Positions 10,401 to 20,117 are shown, counted from the first letter of the stretch. The stretch is DNA of 64,000 nt from an uncultured Alphaproteobacteria bacterium (GCA_964455525.1 CAYVWR010000006.1:261388-325387), one strand, 5' to 3'. Notes: generated from the letters alone by a model not told the origin. Made by a program: numbers and translations.

Positions 10401-10430
10401 GAAGCCAGATTGAAGAAGCTGAAGCGATGA
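7413..10430 (+). CDS. Large tetratricopeptide-repeat (TPR) protein with a signal peptide, about 1005 aa
   Basis: Start moved to the internal ATG (ORF-track residue 127), where the signal peptide MIRSSIVKTLFSLPFISLVLTATLSAQP begins. The translation upstream of it looks non-coding. Many TPR-like A/L/Y-rich helical repeats run throughout. Confidence 0.8.
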   Translation: MIRSSIVKTLFSLPFISLVLTATLSAQPRVVEDRPLARAVRSAATLVDQGHYSRAANELEAALDSAAAGEHMADALYYLARATFMTQRYRPALLNSRRFLNGYPDDPRTDELLYLYGTAAYQEGLTDDAYNAFYDVAAADSPTRGEALYWLARISADRGKLDSAEAYATLSLRSQPHEFTDDALYLTAWLQEGREEIDSAAALYDRLIKDYPQSELSLDASLRLGIIDARRGNYESAIRLLNSVTPRSDRQREEQLFYLGEMSAALDRHDEALRYNNEFLRTFPISVRTRQVRYGVAWALLNLKRYDEAIATLRQLEGGIDSIAAAASYQIGAVQVTRGDTAGAMRTFQDLIYRLPYESFSDNAYYQIGRIHYRRANYDSARHYLLIAARQFPESEIRPDAFYLLGESYVALDDPANSVYAFSRAQKTGATGDLYRQALYREGVMLYRVGRFQSAISRFREYVSEHPNGPEIADATFWLGEALYQDRKYDEAESYYNAFLERFKASPWREQAVYGLAWSRFQQKDFKGAALAFEDFIKNNPTSDLATEATIRLADSYRFLGQYDKAIATYESVGGKSGKGVRDEEARFRLADVFLQMGDVNRAVETFRMLIRDYPNSVRRDAYAFNIGSIYHEREMDSLAIAELSRFPQSYPESQLLPQVAFTIGDAYYNLEEYDSALVYYRSVLDEYPNSMVVPEALDAVRFTLEALGRGREAVAVIDSFQARNPNRIAADSLGFRKASIVLEQGEFAEAIGLYKKLMEDYPQSLMVPTTILQIGRSYEYLGRQDSALFYYTQVVKRFPESSPAQDALIESAGIRLRARSWQQAALAYEQFVEGYPESERLSEARYGIATASLQLGDTARALAQLQRVLDSANAQDEDLFLDRSRITTARLIAPRGEIDRALELLAAVVARRLDDVAAEALLLRSQLLVGTNDLSGALAELRQLTADFASYPEYAEPGTLLLGTVYERLTNYGAARDIYNQLIAQSEDPAIRAEAEARLKKLKR

Positions 10431-10630
10431 TCCGGCAGTACCAGACATGCAGCACAAGCGGAGAGCCTTGCCGAGCAGAGGGACCGGCCTGGGATCGGCC
10501 CCGGCAACGCAATGCCGGAACGGCCAGCGCCTGCCCCAGGCTCTCCCCGGATGCACATCGACACGCATCCACGTTAAACGGCGGACCTGCTCCCCAATCG
10601 AACATCCAACATCGGCAATCGAACATCGGT

Positions 10631-12271
10631 ATGCATATCCGCATCCTCCATATCCTGCTTCTTCTCATCGGCACCACTCCGCTGCTCGCACAGGGAGGAG
10701 GGGATCTGCCGCCGCTGGAGATCGAAACCGTTACCGTTATCGGTCGGCGGGTGGTGGTGCTTCCAAAAGCGAAAAAGGGGGAGGTACTGGATACCACGCT
10801 CTACACTCTGCCACCAGGTGATACGTTGCTTTTCGGCGAAAGGATCTCGAACCTTGGCGGCACCGGCGGCCCGCTCCCGGAGTACGGCGAATTCACATCG
10901 CCGCTGAAGCTCGATGCTGAGGCAAGCCTTGGCAGCTTCCTCTCGCCACGCGCCATCGTTCGTGCAGAGTATATCCGTCCAACGTTCGATGTCACCGGCA
11001 TCCTCGACTACCGTGGCACAGCAGGCCATACCGACAGCGCAGAGGCAAGCTCGTTGCTCATAGGAGCACAGATCAGCAAGGCATTCGGCGATGAGAACCT
11101 GCCACTGAACCGGTTCCGGGTTTCCGGCGGATTCGAGCGCATCGGCGACTCGTACTATCTCTATGGCAATACCGTAAGCCCGTTCGATCGCTCCCGTGCG
11201 GTCACCCGCTTCAATATCGGGCTTCGGAGCGAGGAGGATCTACCGGTAGAGTTTTCATTCGATCTGGGGCTTACCAGCACAAGCGTAGAGGATCGTGACG
11301 TTGATACGATCCGCGATGTCTCCGCCACCACACCGGCGTTCAGCGCCGATATGGCAGGGGTCATCTCCGATTCAACGCTCCGGGCACGACTTGGGCTTGA
11401 TTTTATCACAACCTCGCTGAACTACTCGTTTGCAACGCTCACCCCGGCCTATCTGTCGGTTCGCGGCGATCTTGAATGGCAGCCGGCTCCACGGGTCTTC
11501 CTGACAGGCGGCCTTATCTATGCAAGCGGTGAGAACTCCGATAGCGGCTCGGCATCGCTTATCCTGCCACGCCTCTCGGCACGCTACGAGCTAAGCCCAA
11601 GCCTTGCGGTCTTCGCCTGGTATGCGCCGGAGCTTCGTGCCCCATCCTATCGGGACAGGATTTTGCATGCGCCATACGTCAATCGCGAGGTTGTCCTGCA
11701 TCCAGAACGAGTGCCGGTGCTTGTGGCCGCCGGGACCAGAATAAGCCTGCCTGCAATGACGGTGGAGGTTCGGGGTCGTTATGAAAAAGGGGAGGGAACG
11801 CCGGTCGTGGTCGCAACCGCACCGGGCGATCTGAGCTACGCCTATGTGAACTCGACGACGGCTGGAATCGAGGGAAATATCCGTATGGAGATCACACGGG
11901 CCATCGCCATTACAGGCGATGCGATCTTCCGCTCGGCAACGGTCGATTCCACAAGCGATGAGCTTCCGATGACCCCGGCAGTGGACGTACGAGGCCGTCT
12001 TGGCTTCGCCTTTACGCCTGAGATAGATATCTTCGGTTCGCTTACATTCCAAAGCACGCAGCGCACAGTGCTTGGCAGCGGGCTTCTGCCGGATGATGCC
12101 CAGCGGATTCCGGCACGGTTTCTTCTGGGAGGAGGAGGCTCCTACCGGATTCTGCCGAATCTTCAGGCATTTGCCGAGATCACAAACCTGCTGAACTATA
12201 GCTATGATCTCTGGCAGAATTATTCGGCTCCAGGATTCGAGGTACGCGGAGGCGTACGCGCTACATTCTGA
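10631..12271 (+). CDS. Outer-membrane beta-barrel protein (TonB-dependent-receptor-like or porin-like), hypothetical
   Basis: Start at the internal ATG (residue 69) with signal peptide MHIRILHILLLLIGTTPLLAQ. Alternating beta-strand pattern. C-terminal ...GGVRATF with a terminal Phe is typical of OM beta-barrels. Confidence 0.55.
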   Translation: MHIRILHILLLLIGTTPLLAQGGGDLPPLEIETVTVIGRRVVVLPKAKKGEVLDTTLYTLPPGDTLLFGERISNLGGTGGPLPEYGEFTSPLKLDAEASLGSFLSPRAIVRAEYIRPTFDVTGILDYRGTAGHTDSAEASSLLIGAQISKAFGDENLPLNRFRVSGGFERIGDSYYLYGNTVSPFDRSRAVTRFNIGLRSEEDLPVEFSFDLGLTSTSVEDRDVDTIRDVSATTPAFSADMAGVISDSTLRARLGLDFITTSLNYSFATLTPAYLSVRGDLEWQPAPRVFLTGGLIYASGENSDSGSASLILPRLSARYELSPSLAVFAWYAPELRAPSYRDRILHAPYVNREVVLHPERVPVLVAAGTRISLPAMTVEVRGRYEKGEGTPVVVATAPGDLSYAYVNSTTAGIEGNIRMEITRAIAITGDAIFRSATVDSTSDELPMTPAVDVRGRLGFAFTPEIDIFGSLTFQSTQRTVLGSGLLPDDAQRIPARFLLGGGGSYRILPNLQAFAEITNLLNYSYDLWQNYSAPGFEVRGGVRATF

Positions 12272-12328
12272 TACGATAGCATAATCCCTGCATGGCCGGG
12301 TTCCCTTATCGGCCGCGTCTGAAGCAAT

Positions 12329-13171
12329 GTGTATGATCCGATAACGAGGCACGCAATGAATTCCAGCATCAATTATCGCGAAAACTACGGTGCATCCGAA
12401 CTGAAGAGCCAGTACGGGCGAAATCTCGCCATCGGGCTGCTTATTTCAATTGCGATACATGGGCTGGTTATCACCTACCATGTTATAACCCGTGACCCCG
12501 AACAGGCGCGGATCGCCGCGGTTCAACTTGCACCGATCGAGCGCCCCCGCACCGATACATTGATCTCGATAACGCTGGCGCTCCCCCCGGCCCCGCCCGA
12601 TAAAAAACAGGGAACGCTTGGAGGAGGCTCGCCAGAGGAAAAGCTCCCTCCAGGGGCGGCATCCAAAGGACATCAGGATGCACGACCGGATAAAACCCAC
12701 GACCGCCCGGACAAGACCCGAACGGTGGTTGCGGACATAGCCAACAAGATGAAACCGGTTCCGAAAGCGCCGGAACGCCCGCGCGTGGCAGGCGACACCC
12801 GTGATACGTCGAAGCCAACAGGGGTGATCGGCACCAAGGGACAGAATATGCAGGGAAGCGGCGATAAGCCGGCAGGGGGAAGCGGAGGAGTGGGCGTTGG
12901 CTTTGCAACGGGATTCGGAGGCCGGGGATGGGTGGTGCAGCCCAAGGCGCGCTACCCGGACGGCACAAATGCAACGGGCCAGGTCGTGCTCCGCTTTACC
13001 GTGCTTCCCAATGGCGATATCACCGGCATCAGCGCTGTAAAACGTACAAATGAGTCGCTTGTCAATGCCGCCATAGCCGGTCTGCGACGCGCCAAGGCGC
13101 GCCCGCTTCCCCCGGATGCCCCCCAGGTTCCGCAGCAAGCAACCATCCCCTTCACATTCGAGCTTCGCTAG
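12329..13171 (+). CDS. tonB: TonB-family protein (N-terminal transmembrane anchor, Pro-rich linker, TonB C-terminal domain)
   Basis: Transmembrane segment LAIGLLISIAIHGLVITYHVI. Pro/Lys-rich linker. The C-terminus GQVVLRFTVLPNGDITGISAVKRTNESLVNAAIAGLRRAKARPLPPD matches the TonB_C fold pattern. Confidence 0.65.
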   Translation: MYDPITRHAMNSSINYRENYGASELKSQYGRNLAIGLLISIAIHGLVITYHVITRDPEQARIAAVQLAPIERPRTDTLISITLALPPAPPDKKQGTLGGGSPEEKLPPGAASKGHQDARPDKTHDRPDKTRTVVADIANKMKPVPKAPERPRVAGDTRDTSKPTGVIGTKGQNMQGSGDKPAGGSGGVGVGFATGFGGRGWVVQPKARYPDGTNATGQVVLRFTVLPNGDITGISAVKRTNESLVNAAIAGLRRAKARPLPPDAPQVPQQATIPFTFELR

Positions 13172-13192
13172 CCCCTTGGGCAACATTCCTTC

Positions 13193-13996
13193 ATGATGCA
13201 GCGTGCCGGATTCGATAGCGGGAACATGCCGGAGAGCCTGGCACGTCTTGTCGCCGGACGAAGTGGGGAGCGCATCACGATAGGACGCTCCGGCGATCAG
13301 GTTGTTCATCTACACGGTACTGCCGCAGAGCCAGGCGCCTATCTCAAGATCGCCCGCCACCGGATGGACTCATCACTCCGCGGCGAGAGCGAACGCATCG
13401 AGTGGCTGGCCGATCGCCTTGCGGTACCGGCAGTGCTCCTGTATGCCGAGGATGCAGAGCATGAATACCTTCTGCTGAGGGAGGTCCCGGGAATGCATGC
13501 GGCACATCCTGACGGTACAACCGATAGGCACCGGCTGATCGCAACCCTGGCACAGGGACTCCATCAGTTCCACTGCCTTCCCACCAGCACCTGCCCCTTC
13601 GACTCCCGATTCTCCGCTCTTCTGGAACAAGCACGCAGGCGCGTGGCCAACGGCCTGGTCAACGCCGGGGAGTTCGACGACGAGTATCGTACACAAAGCG
13701 CAGAACAGTTGATCGACGAGCTGGAGCACAGCGGGTTCGATGAGGATCACCCCGTGGTTCTTCATGGCGATTATTCGCTGCCGAACGTCATGATGGCCGG
13801 TGGGCGCATCAGCGGGTTCATTGATCTTGGCAGCCTGGGCGTGGGAGACCGCCATCGCGATCTGGTCTGTGCTGCCTGGAGCATCACCTATAACTTCGGC
13901 GAGGCCTATCTCCCAGGATTCTTCGAGGCGTATGGGCCGACCCATTTCGACCCTGAGCGCTTCCGGCTTCATCGCATGCTCAACCAGTTGTTATGA
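13193..13996 (+). CDS. Aminoglycoside 3'-phosphotransferase-like protein kinase (APH family)
   Basis: Colinear similarity to APH(3') enzymes: CPFDSRF...NGLVNAGEFDDE...VVLHGDYSLPNVMMAGGRISGFIDLGSLGVGDRHRDL (Brenner HGDxxxxN and DxGxxGxxDRxxD motifs). Confidence 0.75.
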   Translation: MMQRAGFDSGNMPESLARLVAGRSGERITIGRSGDQVVHLHGTAAEPGAYLKIARHRMDSSLRGESERIEWLADRLAVPAVLLYAEDAEHEYLLLREVPGMHAAHPDGTTDRHRLIATLAQGLHQFHCLPTSTCPFDSRFSALLEQARRRVANGLVNAGEFDDEYRTQSAEQLIDELEHSGFDEDHPVVLHGDYSLPNVMMAGGRISGFIDLGSLGVGDRHRDLVCAAWSITYNFGEAYLPGFFEAYGPTHFDPERFRLHRMLNQLL

Positions 13997-14124
13997 TTCT
14001 CCGGGAACCCCGGCGCCCGATCCATCCCGCCGCTCGGGGAGCCATGAAGGTTTCCGCCGCAATTGCTAGTTTATAAGCGCTCCGCGATGATGGCCGATCG
14101 TCATCCCGGAAAAGCCTTCTCCCG

Positions 14125-14664
14125 ATGACCCGACAGATCAAGCCCATACCGTCCGAGCCTCCCGAACATTCCCAGGGCGAGCCAGCTCATCCCATCCCAT
14201 CCAACGATGGGGGGGGAACACACGAGCTGCCAAAACCATTTACCCGTACCATCAGACAGCAGAATCCGGGCTTTATCGTCGATGACATCCTCCCTCCCTC
14301 GGCGCTGCTGGAATTTGTGTCCGTCGATGTTCTCAACTGTTATATCAACTATGTGGATCTACGCGCGGTGATCACCGAACGTGATCCCGAGGAGGAGGAA
14401 CGGCATATCTCCATGTCGAACCGGTTTTATACACATTTCCATGAGTTCGGCACTGTAATCCATGTCATCGCCTCCTCGGCAAAACACTGGTGGTATTTCT
14501 GCTATGACATCGACGCAAGCGATTGCGCACTAGGCCGCGTGGAGATAGGCAAGGCGACGCTTCAGCAGATGAAAAACTGGGTCATGGCCGACCGTATATC
14601 GGCACGATACCCGGTCACGGAGATCGAGGTCAGGCACCTTCAGGGATGGAGATCGTTCCAATGA
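14125..14664 (+). CDS. Hypothetical protein containing a G8 homopolymer tract near codon 28-30
   Basis: GC3-rich codon usage consistent with the host. No recognisable domain. The poly-G tract lies at about 14209-14216. Confidence 0.4.
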   Translation: MTRQIKPIPSEPPEHSQGEPAHPIPSNDGGGTHELPKPFTRTIRQQNPGFIVDDILPPSALLEFVSVDVLNCYINYVDLRAVITERDPEEEERHISMSNRFYTHFHEFGTVIHVIASSAKHWWYFCYDIDASDCALGRVEIGKATLQQMKNWVMADRISARYPVTEIEVRHLQGWRSFQ

Positions 14665-14995
14665 GCGTCCATCATCGGCCTCTGATTGCCGGACCTCCGA
14701 TTACGACGCCGTGGTTCCCGGAACAGGGCAACGGCGATGCCGATACCACTCCGGTTATCCGGGCATGCCTTCCATCAACGGCTCCCCGGCGCATCGCCTG
14801 GGGGCAGCAGCAGTTACTGCTAACAGGTGAACCGCCACGCCAGCAACGCTTTGGCATCGCCATGGCCACCAGCCATGATTTCCGTCACAATCCGCAATCG
14901 AAAAATGGGGAGACCACTCGGTCACGATTCGGTATTTTGTCCCCTCTCTTTGGCAAACTACTCTCAACCATAAACTCTTCCGGAACAAGACCGCT

Positions 14996-15988
14996 ATGAG
15001 CAATCACGTTCGTGTTGCCGTCACCGGCGCGGCAGGCCAGATCGGCTATGCACTCCTTTTCCGTATCGCTTCGGGGCAGATGTTCGGTCCCGACACCAAG
15101 GTATCGCTGAACCTGATCGAGCTTCCGCAGGCGATGAACGCCTTGCGCGGCGTGGTCATGGAGCTTGATGACTGCGCCTTCCCCTTGTTGCAGGATGTGG
15201 TGCAGACATCGGACCTCAACGAGGGCTTCAAGGATGTGAACTGGGCTTTGCTGGTTGGTTCGGTTCCGCGCAAGGCAGGTATGGAACGTGGCGATCTTCT
15301 GAATATCAACGGCGGCATCTTCACCCAGCAGGGACGTGCCATCAACGATAACGCCGCAAGCGATGTGCGCGTCCTTGTTGTGGGCAACCCCTGTAACACC
15401 AATGCGCTGATCGCCATGAACAGCGCCCCGGATGTGCCGAACGATCGCTTTTTCGCCATGACCCGCCTCGACCAGAACCGTGCGATGACGCAGCTCGCGC
15501 AGAAGTCGGGCCGCCCGGTCTCCGAGGTAAGCAACATGGCGATCTGGGGAAACCACTCGGCAACGCAGTACCCGGATTTCTTCAACGCCAAGATCGGCGG
15601 CCAGCCGGCCACCGATGCCATCAGCGATCACGACTGGCTGAAGACCGACTTCATCTCGACCGTGCAGAAGCGGGGCGCGGCCATCATCGAAGCACGTGGC
15701 GCCAGCTCCGCAGCCTCGGCAGCCAATGCAGTTGTCGATACCGTCTACTCCCTTGTCAACCCCACCCCGGCCGGAGACTGGCACTCGGTGGCCGTCTGCT
15801 CGAAGGGTGAGTACGGGACCCCGGAAGGGCTTATCATCGGATTTCCGGTTCGCACCACTGCCAACGGCTCGTGGGAGATCGTGCAGGGAGTGGAGCACAA
15901 CGAGTTCGGCCAGGAGAAGTTCATGGCATCCGTCCGCGAGCTCCAAGAGGAGCACGAGGCTGTAAGCGGGCTGCTGACAACGGCCTAA
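14996..15988 (+). CDS. mdh: Malate dehydrogenase (LDH-like/cytosolic-type MDH)
   Basis: [21 protein letters not shown] Rossmann motif, and [11 protein letters not shown] and IWGNHS motifs conserved across the MDH family. Confidence 0.95.
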   Translation: MSNHVRVAVTGAAGQIGYALLFRIASGQMFGPDTKVSLNLIELPQAMNALRGVVMELDDCAFPLLQDVVQTSDLNEGFKDVNWALLVGSVPRKAGMERGDLLNINGGIFTQQGRAINDNAASDVRVLVVGNPCNTNALIAMNSAPDVPNDRFFAMTRLDQNRAMTQLAQKSGRPVSEVSNMAIWGNHSATQYPDFFNAKIGGQPATDAISDHDWLKTDFISTVQKRGAAIIEARGASSAASAANAVVDTVYSLVNPTPAGDWHSVAVCSKGEYGTPEGLIIGFPVRTTANGSWEIVQGVEHNEFGQEKFMASVRELQEEHEAVSGLLTTA

Positions 15989-16013
15989 GGCCTGATAACA
16001 CCCGACGATTGTC

Positions 16014-16049
16014 AAAGGGGATATGCCTGTAACGGGCATATCCCCTTTT
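16014..16049 (+). terminator. Rho-independent terminator after mdh (AAAGGGGATATGCC-tgtaac-GGGCATATCCCCTTTT)
   Basis: Perfect 13-14 bp stem followed by a T-run, immediately 3' of the mdh stop. Confidence 0.7.
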
Positions 16050-16193
16050 GCATGTTCCCCGCAGAGCAGACCAGCACCTGCTTGCCCACCACGTTCGGAC
16101 TGCATTCTGCCTTGCACCGTATCCACACCATTCCCCATATACCCCCCGGTGCCTTCCGTCAGGCTCTCCTCGACCAACGCCATCCTATGCCGC

Positions 16194-17615
16194 ATGAAGA
16201 CGCTGTTCTCCACCATCGCCGCACTTGCACGCACCATACTGCTGCCAGCCTGTGCGGCAGCACAGATCGAGGTGTATTTCAACCACTCGATAGACTCGAC
16301 GTTGGCCTATCCGCCAGGGAACATTGCCAGAGGCGGGATCGACCTCTCGGATATCGCGATCGGCGAGATTCTCCGGGCAAGGCATTCAATCGATATGGCG
16401 ATGTACAACCTCAATCTGGAATCGCTCGCGCATGCGCTTATCGCAGCGCACAACCGGGGGGTACGTATACGGGTGATAGGTGACGCCGATAATATCGGCA
16501 ACCCGAATTCCCGCTTCGGCCAGCTATCCCGGCAGAGCATCCCCGTGGCAAGCAACCCACCGGCAGCCAGCGGCCAGATCCAGCCGCTCATGCACCATAA
16601 GTTCATCCTCATCGATGCCCGTCCCGGCGCCCCTCCCGACGCCGGACCAACCATTATCACCGGGAGCTGGAACGCAACCAGCACTGGAACCTATGCCGAC
16701 CCCAACAATCTCCTGATCCTGCGCGATTCCGCCGTGGCCGGAGCATATCTCCGAGAGTTCCAGGAGATGTGGGGAGGGGAGGGAGAGCATCCCAACCCGG
16801 CCAATGCCCGGTTCGGGGCCACCAAGCAGGATGACACAGACCACGAGTTCATCCTGCACGATGGAACGCCGGTGAAACTCTTCTTCTCACCAAGCGACCG
16901 GACATCGCGGGAGATCGGCAGCACGCTTGCACACGCCCGGCACTCCATTCTCATGGCTCAACTCACCATGACCTATACCACGTTCACCACTGCACTCCGC
17001 CGCAGGGCCGAGCAGGGTGTTGATATACGCGCCATTATCGGCAATGTCCAGGATCAGGGAAGCCAGTTTCCCGCGCTCGTCCTGTTCGCCGATGCGATAC
17101 AATGGCACCAGAGGGGACTTCTGCACCACAAGTACGCCATCATCGACCCGCCGCCGCTTGCAGCGGCAGCATCGCCGGTGGTCATCACCGGCTCCCATAA
17201 CTGGAGCGTATCGGCCGAGATCAGGAACGACGAAAACACGCTGATTATCACCAGCCCCACTGTGGCAAATCTCTTCCTTCAGGAATTTTCGGCACGCTAC
17301 AGGGAAAGCGGCGGCAGCCGCCCATTCATATCGGTGTCAGGAATATCCAACGGGAGCAAAGGGGAGCCGATACCATTGCGGGCATATCCCAACCCATTCA
17401 AGGAGAGCGTCCATCTTACGGTCGATCTGGATAGTGGCGGCCCGGGAGAGATCGTGATCCGCAACAGTATGGGGAGCGAGCTGGCACGCTTTACGGTAGG
17501 CGTCGGCACTTCCACGGTGCAATGGCAGCGTCGCGAGCAGGCAAATGGCATCTATTTCGCCACACTCCATCAGGGAGGAAGGATCTATTATCGAAAGCTG
17601 AGCCTGATACATTAA
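16194..17615 (+). CDS. Phospholipase D/nuclease (two HKD motifs) with a T9SS C-terminal sorting domain, secreted
   Basis: Start at the internal ATG (residue 58) with signal peptide MKTLFSTIAALARTILLPACAAAQ. HKD motifs HHKFILID and HHKYAIID. C-terminal ...YPNPFKESVHLTVDLD...GIYFATLHQGGRIYYRKLSLIH resembles the Por_Secre_tail. Confidence 0.75.
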   Translation: MKTLFSTIAALARTILLPACAAAQIEVYFNHSIDSTLAYPPGNIARGGIDLSDIAIGEILRARHSIDMAMYNLNLESLAHALIAAHNRGVRIRVIGDADNIGNPNSRFGQLSRQSIPVASNPPAASGQIQPLMHHKFILIDARPGAPPDAGPTIITGSWNATSTGTYADPNNLLILRDSAVAGAYLREFQEMWGGEGEHPNPANARFGATKQDDTDHEFILHDGTPVKLFFSPSDRTSREIGSTLAHARHSILMAQLTMTYTTFTTALRRRAEQGVDIRAIIGNVQDQGSQFPALVLFADAIQWHQRGLLHHKYAIIDPPPLAAAASPVVITGSHNWSVSAEIRNDENTLIITSPTVANLFLQEFSARYRESGGSRPFISVSGISNGSKGEPIPLRAYPNPFKESVHLTVDLDSGGPGEIVIRNSMGSELARFTVGVGTSTVQWQRREQANGIYFATLHQGGRIYYRKLSLIH

Positions 17616-18037
17616 TCCCATCGCCGAGCAATCGGTCCATGTGCCGCTCGGCGAGCGCTTCCTCCATTACAGCAGGTGCCTGCCAATGGTTTCTCCGCTG
17701 GGAACTGGCGGCAGCAATCATTATCCCCGGCTGGATCGTCGCCTTGCGGTCCGGCATCATGCTGTGCATGGTTGCATTCTCCGAGGCCGACAGCAACGTA
17801 TTTTCGCCGTTATTTATGTTGTTTCAGAGCGGCATTGAAGTATATTCACGGCTTCTGAATAGTTAATTTCGGTTAATGATTGATGATGATTGAGCATTGG
17901 AACATGATGGTACGGTTGATCGTGGCAGTAATGGAACCGATAGCGCCACTCCCCACAGGAATCGGGAGGATTGCAGGCATGTCTCCCGCTACAAACGACT
18001 GAAAACCCACTCCCCATATACACTAGGAGGATCCTAC

Positions 18038-20035
18038 ATGAGTTTCAACAGCAGGACAAGAGCGGTTCTTGCCGCCGGTCTGCTTGCGCTCCTCGCGATC
18101 AACCCGTCGAACCTGCATGCGCAGGACTCGGACGCCCGCTCGACCGACTGGGACTACTGGTCGTCCTGGTGGTTCGGCCTGTACGGAGCTGCAAATATCA
18201 ATCTGTTCAGCGGCGAGATGCATGATCTCGGGACCACTGCACTCACCAACGTTGCGGCGAACACCGGGTTCGATGGTGGCAATGGGATAGGACTGGGATT
18301 GGGAGGCATCATCGAATACAACAACGGTGGGCTGCTTGGTGGCAACCTGATGCTCGGATACGATAATAAGAGCATCACCTTCGATACGGAAAATCCTGAC
18401 AATGCGTCCCCAACCGGACGCCGTGCTGAGGATCTCGCTACCCGTATCAGCTACTTCACCATAGAGCCGAACCTCCGGTTCAACCTTGGAAGCCGGTTCC
18501 TCCATGCTACGATCGGGCCAAGCTTCCGCGTGCTTCTGTCGAAGGGATTTGATTATACCTTCACCGATGTATCGACCGGAGCGGCCTCGACGGTCAAGGG
18601 CGATCTCCCCAATCTCCGCAGCTTCCTCCTTGGTGGACAGGCGGGTATCGGGTACGACATCCCGCTTCGCGATAGCCGCGTAGGCACCCAGATTCTGCTG
18701 ACGCCGTTTGCACAGTTCCATCTGTCGCAGAACCTGCTCGACGTTCCCGATGGCAATACCAACAGCTTCTCGGTGAACAGCGTTCGCGCCGGTATCCAGC
18801 TCAAGTTCGGCAGCGCACATGTTCCTCCGGGAACAGGTGGGGGAGAGCTTGCAGGAGCCGATTTCTCGGTCCGTGCGCCCAATGTGGTGACCGAGAGCCG
18901 CAGATTGAACGAGACCTTCCCGCTCCGCAACTATATCTTCTTCGATGCAGGCTCCACCGAGATCCCATCACGGTATCGCCAGATCACAAACGGTGAGAGC
19001 TTCCGTGAGGACCAGCTTATCAAGCCAAGCGCCGAAACCGGTGGAAGCGAGGCAATGCAGGTCCGCTCACGTCGCCAGATGGAGGTCTATTACAATGCCA
19101 TCAATGTCTTCGGCGATCGCCTCCGCCGCAATCCGTCGGCTACGATCAAGCTTGTAGGTTCGGCAAACGGCGATGCAAACACCGGACGCGTACTGGCCGA
19201 AAAGGTCCGCGATTACCTTGTGCGCACGTTCAGCATCGACGCCAAGCGGATTACCGTGCAGGGCACTGCACAGCCGGCCCATCGCTCCGGCAGCGGCGCA
19301 ACGCAGGGCGAGGATAAAAAGATGGTGGATGCGGAGAACTACCGTGTGGAGATCTCCACATCGCCGGAAGACCTTATGAAGCCGGTAAACATCACTTCTG
19401 TTCAGGAGGAGCCGATCGATAACGATGTGGTGATCACGATCCCGAACCGTGATGATGTCGCCTACTGGAACGTGACAGTGACCGAGCGGGGTGGTACACC
19501 ACGCCAGTACGGACCGTACCGGAACACCACGGTTGCCCGCATCGACTCCAAGGATCTGCTCGGGACAAAGCGCGATGGCCGCTACACCGTGCAGGTAGAG
19601 CTGACGACCAAGGACAATCAGACGGCAAAGGGACCGGATCGCGAGTTCCGTCTGGTACGTTCCGATGAGGGAGAGGAAGCGGTCGGGCAGCGCTATTCGA
19701 TCCTCTTCGAGTTCGATGATTCGAAGACCGTACAGACCTATGAGCAGTTCCTCGGCCAGACCGTGGCCCCTGCCATCCCGAACGGCGCATCGGTCATCAT
19801 TCATGGCCATACCGATGGCGTCGGCGATCCCGATTACAACAGCCGTCTCTCGCAGCGTCGCTCGGAGGAGGCCCAGAGAGTCCTTACCCGCGAGCTGACA
19901 AAGCAGGGAAAAACCGTTACATTCGATACCTACGGCTTCGGCGAGGATGAGCGGCGCGCACCGTTCAACAACACGCTCCCGGAGCAGCGCTATTACAACC
20001 GCACGGTAGTGATAGAAGTAGTGCCGGGACGATAA
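18038..20035 (+). CDS. Outer-membrane protein with two OmpA-like C-terminal domains
   Basis: Start at the internal ATG (residue 48) preceded by AGGAGG. Signal peptide MSFNSRTRAVLAAGLLALLAINPSNLHAQ. Two OmpA-like segments (NYIFFDAGSTEIPSRYRQ... and ILFEFDDSKTV...HGHTDGVGDPDYNSRLSQRRSEEA). Confidence 0.75.
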   Translation: MSFNSRTRAVLAAGLLALLAINPSNLHAQDSDARSTDWDYWSSWWFGLYGAANINLFSGEMHDLGTTALTNVAANTGFDGGNGIGLGLGGIIEYNNGGLLGGNLMLGYDNKSITFDTENPDNASPTGRRAEDLATRISYFTIEPNLRFNLGSRFLHATIGPSFRVLLSKGFDYTFTDVSTGAASTVKGDLPNLRSFLLGGQAGIGYDIPLRDSRVGTQILLTPFAQFHLSQNLLDVPDGNTNSFSVNSVRAGIQLKFGSAHVPPGTGGGELAGADFSVRAPNVVTESRRLNETFPLRNYIFFDAGSTEIPSRYRQITNGESFREDQLIKPSAETGGSEAMQVRSRRQMEVYYNAINVFGDRLRRNPSATIKLVGSANGDANTGRVLAEKVRDYLVRTFSIDAKRITVQGTAQPAHRSGSGATQGEDKKMVDAENYRVEISTSPEDLMKPVNITSVQEEPIDNDVVITIPNRDDVAYWNVTVTERGGTPRQYGPYRNTTVARIDSKDLLGTKRDGRYTVQVELTTKDNQTAKGPDREFRLVRSDEGEEAVGQRYSILFEFDDSKTVQTYEQFLGQTVAPAIPNGASVIIHGHTDGVGDPDYNSRLSQRRSEEAQRVLTRELTKQGKTVTFDTYGFGEDERRAPFNNTLPEQRYYNRTVVIEVVPGR

Positions 20036-20063
20036 AGTCCGCGCAACGCTTTACGACGACAAA

Positions 20064-20096
20064 ACTCCCGCTGGTTCGCCCGGCGGGAGTTTTTTT
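20064..20096. terminator. Bidirectional rho-independent terminator between convergent genes (ACTCCCGC...GCGGGAGT followed by T7)
   Basis: Read directly from the sequence. Confidence 0.75.
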
Positions 20097-20117
20097 ATGC
20101 ATACCGGCCGCCCCGGT

